Shown here piece after piece: positions 52,624-61,373 of a stretch of DNA of 64,000 bases. The notes under the pieces were generated by a model. It was not told where the DNA came from, did not search any database, and saw only the letters and a list, made by a program, of their open reading frames with translations. The stretch is from Phycisphaerales bacterium. Lineage in GTDB: Bacteria; Planctomycetota; Phycisphaerae; Phycisphaerales; UBA1924. The stretch is from assembly GCA_038260025.1 (NCBI GenBank), contig JBBSOF010000012.1, positions 7,603 through 71,602 on the forward strand, given 5' to 3'. A program made the position numbers and the translations under genes. Each line of letters starts with the position of its first letter. Positions within the stretch are counted from its first letter, which is position 1.

Positions 52624-54894
52624 ATGCCCCAACCCAAGAATCACCTGCTCCGCACCCTCGTCCCCATTCTGGTGGGCGTTATGGGAATCTTCATCGCCGT
52701 TGCGGTGTGGAAGAACTCCTCCAAAGTCTCCCCACCGCCCATGGCAACCCCGACCGGGCCTTCCGTTGCGGGCGCGGCTGCCGCAAGCCCGGCCATCGAG
52801 CCGACCCCCGGGCCAACACAGGCGACAAACCCAGATGCCCCCGCGGTGACTCCTGTTGTCCCGGAGGGGGGAGTGGCCGTGACCGCGCGCGCCGCGACCG
52901 AGACTGCAACACAGACCCCCGCCCAGCCTGCCGCACCCGCGCCCGTCGTCGGCTATCGCGTGGAGCCTGTTGAGAACCCGGTGCCCGCGCAGCCGTTGGG
53001 CAGTATCGATCCTGACGGCCCTTACGCCATGCAGGTCGAGTTTTCGGCGTACGGCGCTGGCGTGAAGTCGCTGACGCTCGCCCAGCACTTTGAGACGATC
53101 AAGGATGCGGTCCACGTCAAGGTCCAAGAGGAGAAGACGCACGCGCGGATAGGCGAGCGTCCGTTGGTGATGACCCCCTTCGGTGCGCTGGCCATCGAGA
53201 TCACGCCCGCGGGCGGGTCTCCGCAGGTGCTGGACTTGCAATCTGAAATCAATGTGTGGCGGGCGATTGATGGGCGTCCCGGCGCGTTTGAGGCGTTCAT
53301 CGTCAACCCCGGTGGGGAGCGGGTGCTGCGCATCGAGCGGGCCTACACGCTCCCTGAGCACTCGCACAACCTGACACTGTCGCAGCGGCTGACGAACCTC
53401 TCGCCGACGCCGATGAGCGTCCGCTTCTTTGAGACAGGCGTCGTTGATCTGCCCGCCGAGGCCGGCGGCTACGGCGGCGACAAGCGCCGCGTGCGGTTCG
53501 GCTACCTGCTCGACCCGGCGAAGGACCCGGCCCAGGCCGAGGTGATCTCGGCGAAACTGCTCAGCGAGCGCCGCGAGGCGCTGGGCAAGAACGAGCCCGA
53601 GAAGGAGTTGTGGCCGAACGAACTCAGCCGCGACAATGGTTATAACTTTTCGTGGAGCGGCATGACCAACCGCTACTTCGGCGTCGCCGCGTACCCGGTG
53701 ATGAACGAGGCCCGCATGAAGATGTCCGTCCCCCGCTCGCTGGGCTGGGTGGCGGGTGTTGATCGCATCCTGCTTGACCCTCTGGGCGAAGTGATGGGCA
53801 CCCGGCTCGACGGCGCCCCGACGTCCCTTGCCGCGGCTGGCACCCCCGGCGACACCGCCGACCTGTCTCACGCTATCTACGCCGGTCCGCTGGACCGCCG
53901 CGCGCTCAGCAAGGACCCCGAGACCCGCGCCGCCGGGCTGCCCGGGCTGGTGGTGTTCAACTTCGGCGGCTTCTGCGCCAGTTGCACCTTCGGGTTCATG
54001 ACCTCTGCGCTGCTGTGGATCCTGCACTCTCTGCACGACTTCATCTTCCACGACTGGGCGCTGGCCATTGTGTTCCTGGTGCTCATCGTCCGCACATGCC
54101 TCCACCCGGTGACGAAGTGGTCGCAGATCCGCATGGCGAAATTCGGCAAGCAAATGGGCGCGGTGGGGCCTAAGCAGAAGGTTCTTCAGGAGAAGTACAA
54201 GAGCGACCCGCGCAAACTGCAGGAAGAAACCGCGAAGCTGTGGCGTGAAGAGGGCATCAGCCCGACGGGCATGCTGGGCTGCCTGCCGATGATGCTTCAG
54301 ACGCCGGTGTGGATCGCGCTGTACGCCTCGCTGTACTTCTCCGTTGAGCTGCGCCACACGGGCGCGTTCTACGGCGTGTTCCAGCACATCCAGCCGCTCA
54401 CCTCGCCGCTGTGGCGGTTCATGGGCGACCTGTCGGAGCCCGACCGGCTTATCTACTTCGGGCGCGAGATCGCCTCGCTGCCACTGTTGGGGCCCATTGT
54501 CTCGCTGAACATCCTGCCGCTGCTGCTGGGGGTTGTGTTCTTCATCCAGCAGAAGTACCTGACGCCGCCCACCACAGGCACGCTGACGCCGGAGCAGGAG
54601 TTCCAGCAGAAGATGATGAAGATCATGACGGTGGTTCTGTTCCCCGTCGCGATGTACAACGCCCCCTCGGGCCTGGCCATCTACTTCATCTGCAACTCCA
54701 CATTCGCGATCCTCGAGAGCCGTTACATCCGTAGCCATATGGACAAGTACGGCATGCTGGACCTCGAAAAGATGCGCACCCAGCGCCAGGCTAAGGGCAG
54801 TGCCGTGCAGACCGGCATGATGGGCAGGCTGCTGGCGATGGCCGAAGAACGTCAGAAGCAGGCAATGAACAAGGGCCGCAGGCCGAAGCGCTGA
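52624..54894 (+). CDS. yidC: membrane protein insertase YidC (long form with periplasmic domain)
   Basis: N-terminal TM, a ~400-aa periplasmic region, then WALAIVFLVLIVRTCLHPVTKWSQ..LQEKYKSDPRKLQEETAKLWREEGISP..GCLPMMLQTPVWIALY. Confidence 0.9.
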   Translation: MPQPKNHLLRTLVPILVGVMGIFIAVAVWKNSSKVSPPPMATPTGPSVAGAAAASPAIEPTPGPTQATNPDAPAVTPVVPEGGVAVTARAATETATQTPAQPAAPAPVVGYRVEPVENPVPAQPLGSIDPDGPYAMQVEFSAYGAGVKSLTLAQHFETIKDAVHVKVQEEKTHARIGERPLVMTPFGALAIEITPAGGSPQVLDLQSEINVWRAIDGRPGAFEAFIVNPGGERVLRIERAYTLPEHSHNLTLSQRLTNLSPTPMSVRFFETGVVDLPAEAGGYGGDKRRVRFGYLLDPAKDPAQAEVISAKLLSERREALGKNEPEKELWPNELSRDNGYNFSWSGMTNRYFGVAAYPVMNEARMKMSVPRSLGWVAGVDRILLDPLGEVMGTRLDGAPTSLAAAGTPGDTADLSHAIYAGPLDRRALSKDPETRAAGLPGLVVFNFGGFCASCTFGFMTSALLWILHSLHDFIFHDWALAIVFLVLIVRTCLHPVTKWSQIRMAKFGKQMGAVGPKQKVLQEKYKSDPRKLQEETAKLWREEGISPTGMLGCLPMMLQTPVWIALYASLYFSVELRHTGAFYGVFQHIQPLTSPLWRFMGDLSEPDRLIYFGREIASLPLLGPIVSLNILPLLLGVVFFIQQKYLTPPTTGTLTPEQEFQQKMMKIMTVVLFPVAMYNAPSGLAIYFICNSTFAILESRYIRSHMDKYGMLDLEKMRTQRQAKGSAVQTGMMGRLLAMAEERQKQAMNKGRRPKR

Positions 54895-54914
54895 GGCGAC
54901 CTTGAGGGCTCGGC

Positions 54915-56264
54915 ATGCACCTGGGCGACACCATCGTGGCCTGCGCCAGCCCTCCGGGGCGTGCGGGCCGCGCATTGGTGCGGCTTTCGGGCCCGGGCGT
55001 CTTTCCGTTGCTCCACAGTGTGATGAAAGGGGCCGTGCCCTGCGAGCGTGGAGCGCGGCCCGCGCTGCTGAGCGCGGAAAAGCTCACGCTGCCCGTGCTC
55101 CTCGCCTGCTTCCCCGCACCGCACTCCTACACCGGTGAAGACGCGGCAGAAATCCAGTGCCCCGGGAACCCCACGCTCGTTGACCGCCTGCTGCGAGCGA
55201 TCACCGTTAAGGAAGGCGTGAGGCTCGCCGAGCCCGGGGAGTTCACCGCTCGCGCGTACCTCGCCAGGCGGCTGTCGCTGGAACAGGCGGAGGGGGTTGC
55301 CGCGACCATTGCCGCGGCAAACCAGGATCAACTTGACGCCGCCCGCGATCTGCTCGAAGGCCGCACCGGCAAGGCGTACCGCGCCTGGAGTGAGGAGCTC
55401 GCCACGCTGCTGGCGCTGGTCGAGGCGGGAATCGACTTCACCGACCAGGAGGATGTCGTCGCCATCTCGGCCGATGCCTTGCGGATGCGCCTACAGGTTC
55501 TGAAGGCAGAGATAGAGCAGCACGCCGGCGTGCGGGCCGGCGCGGAAGCGCAGAACGCCCTGCCGCGCGTCGCCCTTGTGGGCGCTCCGAACGCGGGCAA
55601 GTCCACGCTCTTCAATGCCATGCTGGGGCGACAGCGCGCGGTGATGAGCCCTGTGGCGGGTACCACGCGCGATGTGCTGGTGGAGGAGATCGACCTTTCT
55701 GCGGAGAGCCCCGGCGCGGGAAGTGTGCTGCTGGAAGACCTGGCAGGGCTTGAGCGCGGCCGGTCACCGGAATCCTCAATCGCGAGCGCCGCGGCACAAA
55801 CAGCCGCCCGCCAAGCCGTCGCCGATGCTGATCTGCTGGTCTGGTGCGACCCTGCCGGCCTGTTTGAAGCCTTCGACAACCCGCTGCCAGCCAAGCCCAT
55901 GCTCCGTGTGCGCACCTTTGGCGACCAGCCTGTCTCGCAGCCCACACGGGAGGACCTTGCCGTGTGCAGCGTGGATGGCTGGAACCTGGGGCTGCTGCGC
56001 CGGGCGATCGCCGAGAGGGCGGTGGGGGGCCGGGCCGCGGGTATCTCGGCGCTGCTGCCGCGGCACCGACGGGCCATGACTGGCGCACGGCACCGGCTGG
56101 AGGATGCCCTCACATGCATCGGGGGTGGCTCGCGATTGACCTCGCCGGAGGTTGTCGCCCTCACGCTCCGCCACGGGCTGGATGAGCTAGGCGAGCTGGT
56201 GGGGCACATCTCGCCCGATGAGGTGCTGGGGCGGGTCTTTGCGGCCTTCTGCGTCGGCAAATAG
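54915..56264 (+). CDS. mnmE: tRNA uridine-5-carboxymethylaminomethyl modification GTPase MnmE
   Basis: [36 protein letters not shown]1 [14 protein letters not shown]-terminal FCVGK. Confidence 0.9.
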   Translation: MHLGDTIVACASPPGRAGRALVRLSGPGVFPLLHSVMKGAVPCERGARPALLSAEKLTLPVLLACFPAPHSYTGEDAAEIQCPGNPTLVDRLLRAITVKEGVRLAEPGEFTARAYLARRLSLEQAEGVAATIAAANQDQLDAARDLLEGRTGKAYRAWSEELATLLALVEAGIDFTDQEDVVAISADALRMRLQVLKAEIEQHAGVRAGAEAQNALPRVALVGAPNAGKSTLFNAMLGRQRAVMSPVAGTTRDVLVEEIDLSAESPGAGSVLLEDLAGLERGRSPESSIASAAAQTAARQAVADADLLVWCDPAGLFEAFDNPLPAKPMLRVRTFGDQPVSQPTREDLAVCSVDGWNLGLLRRAIAERAVGGRAAGISALLPRHRRAMTGARHRLEDALTCIGGGSRLTSPEVVALTLRHGLDELGELVGHISPDEVLGRVFAAFCVGK

Positions 56265-56284
56265 GGGGCCGTAGGATTGGGGCG

Positions 56285-56683
56285 ATGACGATGAGCCTGC
56301 CTGCCATACAGCCCACTCGCGTGCCTGCGAGTCAGTCCATGCCCACCTGCGAGCATCAGGCCCCCGAGCCGGCCCCGGCCAGCGGTGAAGGTGCGACCGC
56401 CGTTGCGGCACCGCCGAAGCCTGCGCCCGCGAAGCCCACCCCGGCGATGCTGCCGCAGTACCGCGTGCTGCTGCACGATGACCCAATCAGCGAGATGGGG
56501 TTCGTGGTGGAAACACTGGTGCAGTTGACCCCGCTGGACAAGGTGAGTGCCTCGCGCGTGATGCGCGAGGCGCACCGGCGCGGGGTGTCCCTGGTGCTGG
56601 TCACGCACAAGGAGCGGGCCGAGCTGTACCAGGAGCAGTTCGCGAGCAAGCGGCTGAAGGTGACGATCGAGCCGTTTGTCTGA
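56285..56683 (+). CDS. clpS: ATP-dependent Clp protease adaptor ClpS
   Basis: PQYRVLLHDDPISEMGFVVETLVQL..ASRVMREAHRRGVSLVLVTHKERAELY, with a ~45-aa Pro/Ala-rich N-terminal extension. Confidence 0.85.
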   Translation: MTMSLPAIQPTRVPASQSMPTCEHQAPEPAPASGEGATAVAAPPKPAPAKPTPAMLPQYRVLLHDDPISEMGFVVETLVQLTPLDKVSASRVMREAHRRGVSLVLVTHKERAELYQEQFASKRLKVTIEPFV

Positions 56684-56918
56684 CATAACAGCGAAGACGG
56701 CAGGCCGTCCGAATAACGTCGCACCGATACGTTCGCGCCCGCTGCCAAGGATCCCCGCCGAAAATCTAGGATTTCGTGTCTTGCAGACCCCGCACGCCGC
56801 GCCTGCCGCGCAGTTTGCCCACGCCCGATGTTTGGGAAGGGTGAGCGCGGATTCAGGCGTTCTTCCGCGCACACATCGCCCTTGACGCCGATGCAACGAG
56901 AGTCCCGCGGGGCGGATT

Positions 56919-57434
56919 GTGTTCAACCGGCGGGATGTGGCAAGGAGCGTGGATGTGCGGACCCTTCACCTTGGCGACCTCCTGGTAAAGCACGGCGTGC
57001 TCACAGCGCCCCAGCGCGATGAGGTTCTCGTTGCACAGAAGGCCCGCGGCGGGCCCTTCGGCGCCGTCGCGGAAGAGATGTTCGGCATCAGCGCTTCCGC
57101 CGTCGAACGGGCGTGGGCGGAGCAGTACGCGGCCTTCGCGCCGCACGTCGATCCGCGCCACTACAACGTCAACCCGCGGGCGCTCGATGTCATCACCCGC
57201 CGCCAGGCGTGGCAGTTCCGCATGCTGCCCCTGGAGCTGGCGGGCAACGATGTGGTGGCATGTACCACGCAGGAGAACCTCTGCCGCGCCCTCAAGTTTG
57301 CGGGCTGGCGTCTGGGCCACGCGTGCCAGTTCGTGCTCGCCGAGCCCCGCCAGTTGGGCGAGGCCATGCTGCAGCACTACCCGATGGCGGGCATGACGGC
57401 GGACATGGTGACGAGCATGGTGATGCCGGGGTAA
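56919..57434 (+). CDS. stand-alone T2SSE_N / MshEN-like domain protein
   Basis: HLGDLLVKHGVLTAPQRDEVLVAQ, then KARGG, then PFGAVAEEMFGISASAVERAWAEQ, then VITRRQAWQFRMLPLELAGNDVVACTTQENL..QFVLAEPRQLGEAMLQHY. No ATPase domain. Start uncertain. Confidence 0.6.
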   Translation: MFNRRDVARSVDVRTLHLGDLLVKHGVLTAPQRDEVLVAQKARGGPFGAVAEEMFGISASAVERAWAEQYAAFAPHVDPRHYNVNPRALDVITRRQAWQFRMLPLELAGNDVVACTTQENLCRALKFAGWRLGHACQFVLAEPRQLGEAMLQHYPMAGMTADMVTSMVMPG

Positions 57435-57576
57435 GGGGGGGTCCCAGGGGCGTGCGCAGCATCAAAAAGCCCACTGGCCCTCTCTTCGCGGCAGTCCTAA
57501 ACTCCTGACCCAGCACACCGCCAACCGGCCGGATTGCCCGTTTCCTGGGCTGTCGCCGCTGTCAGGAGTTTCCCCC

Positions 57577-58515
57577 TTGGCCCACGATCCCCTCGACACC
57601 GTTATCGGTATTTCTGACTCTGTCCGCCGCGACCCTCAGGCGGCGGGCCGCCATGTTGCCGCGGCTGAGAAGCTCGAAAAAGAGGGCGACCGCCTCGCAG
57701 CCGTCGCCGAGCTGCGCAAGGCCGTGAACCTCGACCCCGACAGCCACCAGTCGCTCTTCAAGCTGGCCTACCAGCTCGACCTGCTGGGCGAGGAGGATGA
57801 GGCTCTGGCCCTGTACGAGCGCTGCGTCGCAACGCCGCCAGCGATGGTTAACGCCCTGCTCAACCTGGCGGTGCTGTATGAGGACCGCGGGGAATATGGC
57901 AACGCAGAGCGATGCCTGCGGCAGATTCTGGACACCCGCCCCAACCACATCCGCGCCCGGCTGTTCATGAAGGACGTGCAGGCCAGCCGCGAGATGGTGG
58001 TGGTGGAGGAGCAGGACCGCGACATCTTCAAGCGCAAGGCGCTGCTGGACACGCCTGTGACGGACTTTGAGCTTTCGGTGCGTGCCCGCACGTGCCTGAA
58101 GAAGATGAGCATCCGCAGCCTGGGCGACCTGCTGCGGATTACCGAGGCCGAGCTGCTGAGCTACAAGAACTTCGGCGAGAGCAGCCTGGTTGAGATCAAG
58201 AAGATGCTCACGGCCAAGGGCCTGCGCCTTGGCCAGGGGCTTGAGGATGCCCACCGCCAGGCGCGGCGGGCGCTGATCGAGCAATACAAGGGCACGGGCA
58301 AGGAGACGGTGCTGGCCAAGCCCGTGTCCGAGCTGCAGCTCTCGGTGCGTGCCCGCAAGGCGCTCCAGCTCCTGAGCATCCAGACCCTGGGAGACCTTGC
58401 CAGCCACACCGAGGCCGAGCTGATGGGCATCAAGAACTTCGGCGCAACCTCGCTGAAGGAAGTGCGTGAGAAGCTGACGGAGTACGGCCTGCTGCTCCGC
58501 AAGATCGATACTTGA
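57577..58515 (+). CDS. TPR protein with two RNA polymerase alpha-subunit C-terminal-domain-like (alpha-CTD) modules
   Basis: TTG start with a CAGGAG SD. TPR helices fill the N-terminal half. Two HhH modules follow: FELSVRARTCLKKMSIRSLGDLLRITEAELLSYKNFGESSLVEIKKML and LQLSVRARKALQLLSIQTLGDLASHTEAELMGIKNFGATSLKEVREKL. Confidence 0.75.
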   Translation: MAHDPLDTVIGISDSVRRDPQAAGRHVAAAEKLEKEGDRLAAVAELRKAVNLDPDSHQSLFKLAYQLDLLGEEDEALALYERCVATPPAMVNALLNLAVLYEDRGEYGNAERCLRQILDTRPNHIRARLFMKDVQASREMVVVEEQDRDIFKRKALLDTPVTDFELSVRARTCLKKMSIRSLGDLLRITEAELLSYKNFGESSLVEIKKMLTAKGLRLGQGLEDAHRQARRALIEQYKGTGKETVLAKPVSELQLSVRARKALQLLSIQTLGDLASHTEAELMGIKNFGATSLKEVREKLTEYGLLLRKIDT

Positions 58516-58526
58516 GCGGCGTTCCC

Positions 58527-58560
58527 GGGTACCCCCTCTCTCCGAGAGGGGAGTCCGGTG
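58527..58560 (+). repeat. GGGTACCCCCTCTCTCCGAGAGGGG hairpin element (copy 2)
   Basis: gggtaccccctctctccgagaggggagtccggtg, 12 nt after the stop of the alpha-CTD gene. Same 8-bp stem and 3-nt loop as the 34274-34310 copy. Confidence 0.55.
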
Positions 58561-58598
58561 CTGTTTTACGCTCAATAGCGAACTGTTCGATACCAAAG

Positions 58599-58630
58599 GC
58601 CCGCACGCTCAACGCGTCGGGCTTTTTTTT
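58599..58630 (+). terminator. rho-independent terminator
   Basis: GCCCG(c)ACGC-tcaac-GCGT-CGGGC stem-loop followed by eight T (58623-58630). Confidence 0.7.
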
Positions 58631-58658
58631 CAAGACAGCACCGTCTCGGGGAGACGGG

Positions 58659-58928
58659 TTATGGAAGTTGCCCCCGCTCCCCCGTCGCGCGGTACCCCTC
58701 GCGTGCCTTCATGTACTGCTCGGGCGAAACCTTGAGGTCCGGCTCGATGCCCTGCTGATGCTGCGTGTGCAGGTGCTTGAGGAATGGGACACACCACATG
58801 CACCCCGTGCCCGCCGAGAGGCATTCGGAAATGAGCGATGCTACGGGCGGGTCTTCACGCGCCATGTACGTGCGTATCTTGCGCAGCGTCACTCGGAAGC
58901 ACAGGCACACTTCATCGTCGGGGTCCAC
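58659..58928 (-). CDS. BFD-like [2Fe-2S]-binding domain protein
   Basis: VCLCFRVTLRKIRTYM ... CLSAGTGCMWC gives a Cys-x-Cys ... Cys-x2-Cys layout typical of bacterioferritin-associated-ferredoxin-like domains. Confidence 0.7.
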   Translation of the reverse strand: MDPDDEVCLCFRVTLRKIRTYMAREDPPVASLISECLSAGTGCMWCVPFLKHLHTQHQQGIEPDLKVSPEQYMKAREGYRATGERGQLP

Positions 58929-58972
58929 GGGGGATTGTAGTGGGATGGACCTTCAGAAAGCTCCGTGGAACG

Positions 58973-59707
58973 TCAGTACGCGCCGGCCATCCTGCGCTGC
59001 AGCGGGAAGCACAGGGTCGCGAGGTTCACGCACATGCGGTCGCTCACGCGGGCGTAGCGGTCATACTCCTGGTCGGCCTGCACCTTGACCTCGCCCGGGG
59101 TGGTGTTGCAGTGGGCCATCTGGCCGCTGCACTCCTGCATCAGGCCATCCACCATCGTGCTGTCGCACTCAAAGTGGCACATGAACCCGAAGGTCCGCAG
59201 CCCGGCGCGGAAAATCTGCACCGGCGTCTGCTTCGTGCCCGCGAGCAGCGCTGCGCCCGGCGGCAATTCCTTGATCTCCTGCCCGCACGAGAACACCTGC
59301 ATCGAGTTCCACGGCACACCGCCGAGCATGGGCTCGATCTGCCCAGTCGTGTTGAGGGACATCTGATAGAACCCCACCGCCGGCTTCTCCCGCGGCCCGA
59401 CCTTGCCCCCCAGCGCATGGGCGATCAGTTGTGCGCCCAGGCAGATGCCGATGACCGGGCGCTGCTGGGCGTGCATCGCCGTGATCAGCGACACTTCCTG
59501 CTGCATCCAGTCGTACTTCTCGACATCCGTCACGTTCTGAGGGCCGCCAAGGATGACAAGCCCTTCAATCCCGTCAAGATCCACCGGCAGCGCGGCAAGG
59601 CCCAGCCTGTCGGGCCGCCGCACGCTGAGCTTGAAGCCATGATCGCGGAGCGTCGCGCCCAGGCGGCCGGGGCCACCGATGTCTGAATGCTGCAGGATGA
59701 TGATCAT
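58973..59707 (-). CDS. class I glutamine amidotransferase-like protein
   Basis: IIILQHSDIGGPG..LVILGGPQNV..PVIGICLGAQLIAHALGG (nucleophile elbow Cys) ..GFMCHFE (His-x-Glu). Confidence 0.8.
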   Translation of the reverse strand: MIIILQHSDIGGPGRLGATLRDHGFKLSVRRPDRLGLAALPVDLDGIEGLVILGGPQNVTDVEKYDWMQQEVSLITAMHAQQRPVIGICLGAQLIAHALGGKVGPREKPAVGFYQMSLNTTGQIEPMLGGVPWNSMQVFSCGQEIKELPPGAALLAGTKQTPVQIFRAGLRTFGFMCHFECDSTMVDGLMQECSGQMAHCNTTPGEVKVQADQEYDRYARVSDRMCVNLATLCFPLQRRMAGAY

Positions 59708-59781
59708 CGAACGCTTCCCTCTCTGAAAGTTGTCCCATCGGTCCTACGCGACCCACGCGACTTCTACATCGTCATCTGCCC

Positions 59782-60699
59782 CTACACCCGCACCATCGCC
59801 GAATACTCCTCAAACCGGCGGTCCAGGTCCTTGCGGCTGATCTGCATCAGCCGTTGCAGACTGAACGCCTCGATATTGAAGCTAGCCACAACCGTGCCGT
59901 GTACCAGCGCCCGCCGCAGCGACTCGAACGAGCCGGGGTTGGCACCCACCTTCGCGTTGGCCAGGTGCCCCATCATGCCGCCCGCGAAGCTGTCACCCGC
60001 GCCCGTCGGGTCGATCACCGTCTCGGTGGGGTACGCGGGCAGCGCGGCGATGCCATCCTTATGCACCAGCAGCGCACCGTGCTCCCCCTTCTTGATGACG
60101 ACGAACTTCGGCCCCATCTCCAGGATGTGACGCCCTGCCGTCACGGTGTTGGCCTTGCCTGTCAGCAGTTCCGCCTCGTCGTAGTTGAGCACCAGCCCAT
60201 CAACCTTGTCCAGCAGTTCCAGCAGCTGGTCCTTCGCGATGTTGATCCACAGGTCCATCGTGTCCGCCACGGTCAGCACGCGCTTAGGGAGCTGCGTCAG
60301 CATCCCGGCCTGCACCGCGGGGTGCGTGTTGGCCAGGAACACGAATGTGCTGTCCTGGAACGCCGCGGGCACCCTTGGCGGCTCCTCGGCAAGCACGCCC
60401 AGGTCCGTAAACAGAGTCTCGCGGCTGTTCATGTTGGGCAGGTACTTGCCGCCCCAAGCAAAGGTTTTGCTCCCCTTGCGCGTCTCGAGCCCCGCGAGAT
60501 CGATGCTGGGGAACTTGCTGAAGACCGCCCGATGCTCAGACGGAAAATCGTCGCCCACGGCGGCAACCAGCCGCACCGGGCCGTAGAGCGATGCCGCCGC
60601 GGCGAAGTATGTACACGAACCGCCCAGCGTTTTTTCCGCGTGGCCGGTGGGCGTGTGGACGGTGTCGATGCCGATGGTGCCGGTAACGATGAGTGACAT
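59782..60699 (-). CDS. PfkB-family carbohydrate/nucleoside kinase
   Basis: GTIGIDTV..LGGSCTYFA at the N-terminus and the PfkB signature DPTGAGDSFAGGMMGHL near the C-terminus. Confidence 0.85.
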   Translation of the reverse strand: MSLIVTGTIGIDTVHTPTGHAEKTLGGSCTYFAAAASLYGPVRLVAAVGDDFPSEHRAVFSKFPSIDLAGLETRKGSKTFAWGGKYLPNMNSRETLFTDLGVLAEEPPRVPAAFQDSTFVFLANTHPAVQAGMLTQLPKRVLTVADTMDLWINIAKDQLLELLDKVDGLVLNYDEAELLTGKANTVTAGRHILEMGPKFVVIKKGEHGALLVHKDGIAALPAYPTETVIDPTGAGDSFAGGMMGHLANAKVGANPGSFESLRRALVHGTVVASFNIEAFSLQRLMQISRKDLDRRFEEYSAMVRV

Positions 60700-60748
60700 A
60701 GGGCGGCAGTGTAGGGCTTCGGGTATCCCCTGTTTCCTGGGTACCCCC

Positions 60749-61360
60749 TCACTCCACGGTCACCAGTGGCAGCAACTTCTCCAACGTCTTCGGCCCGATC
60801 CCCTTCACCTTGTCCAAATCCGCCACCGTGCGGAACGGGCCGTGCCCAACGCGATAGTCGATGATCCGCTGCGCCATCGCCGGCCCGATCCGCGGCAGCA
60901 GTTCGAGTTCCGCCAGCCCTGCGGTATTGATGTTGATGAGGCGTGTCTTGGGTGCGGCTGTCGCAGGTGCAGAGGTCGGGGGTGTTTCCACAACGGGTGT
61001 CGGGCTCAGTGGCGCGGCAGGCGGCGGCGTCAATGGTTCAGCAACCGCGGGCGCTGGTGACGATGCAGGCACATCGGCAAGGGGCAAGCCTGCCGGGGTC
61101 GCGATTGCGGCAGGCATCACCACAGGGGTCGCCGTCGGCACCTCCGCAGGTGGTGGTGGAATCAAAGCAGGGGCACGGTTCGGGATAGGCGGTGCCACGC
61201 CAGCAGGCGGCGGTACGGTCATACTCGGCGCGTTGTCGCGAGGCACTCGCGCGGCCAGCGTGTATGTCAGTCCCGCCCCGCACGCGGCAGAGAGTGCAAT
61301 CACTGCCGCCCATTTCGCGGGTCCGCTTACGCTGCTGTAAACCGGGGTGCTTGCCGCCAT
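60749..61360 (-). CDS. ComEA-family helix-hairpin-helix DNA-binding protein
   Basis: N-terminal TM, Pro/Ala-rich linker, then ININTAGLAELELLPRIGPAMAQRIIDYRVGHGPFRTVADLDKVKGIGPKTLEKL. Confidence 0.8.
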   Translation of the reverse strand: MAASTPVYSSVSGPAKWAAVIALSAACGAGLTYTLAARVPRDNAPSMTVPPPAGVAPPIPNRAPALIPPPPAEVPTATPVVMPAAIATPAGLPLADVPASSPAPAVAEPLTPPPAAPLSPTPVVETPPTSAPATAAPKTRLININTAGLAELELLPRIGPAMAQRIIDYRVGHGPFRTVADLDKVKGIGPKTLEKLLPLVTVE

Positions 61361-61373
61361 ATGGGCGGACAGA

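Noticed and set aside
52615-54975. 786-aa ORF on the minus strand
   Set aside because: It is antisense to yidC, whose translation carries clear YidC motifs. The antisense product is Arg/His/Gln-rich and featureless.
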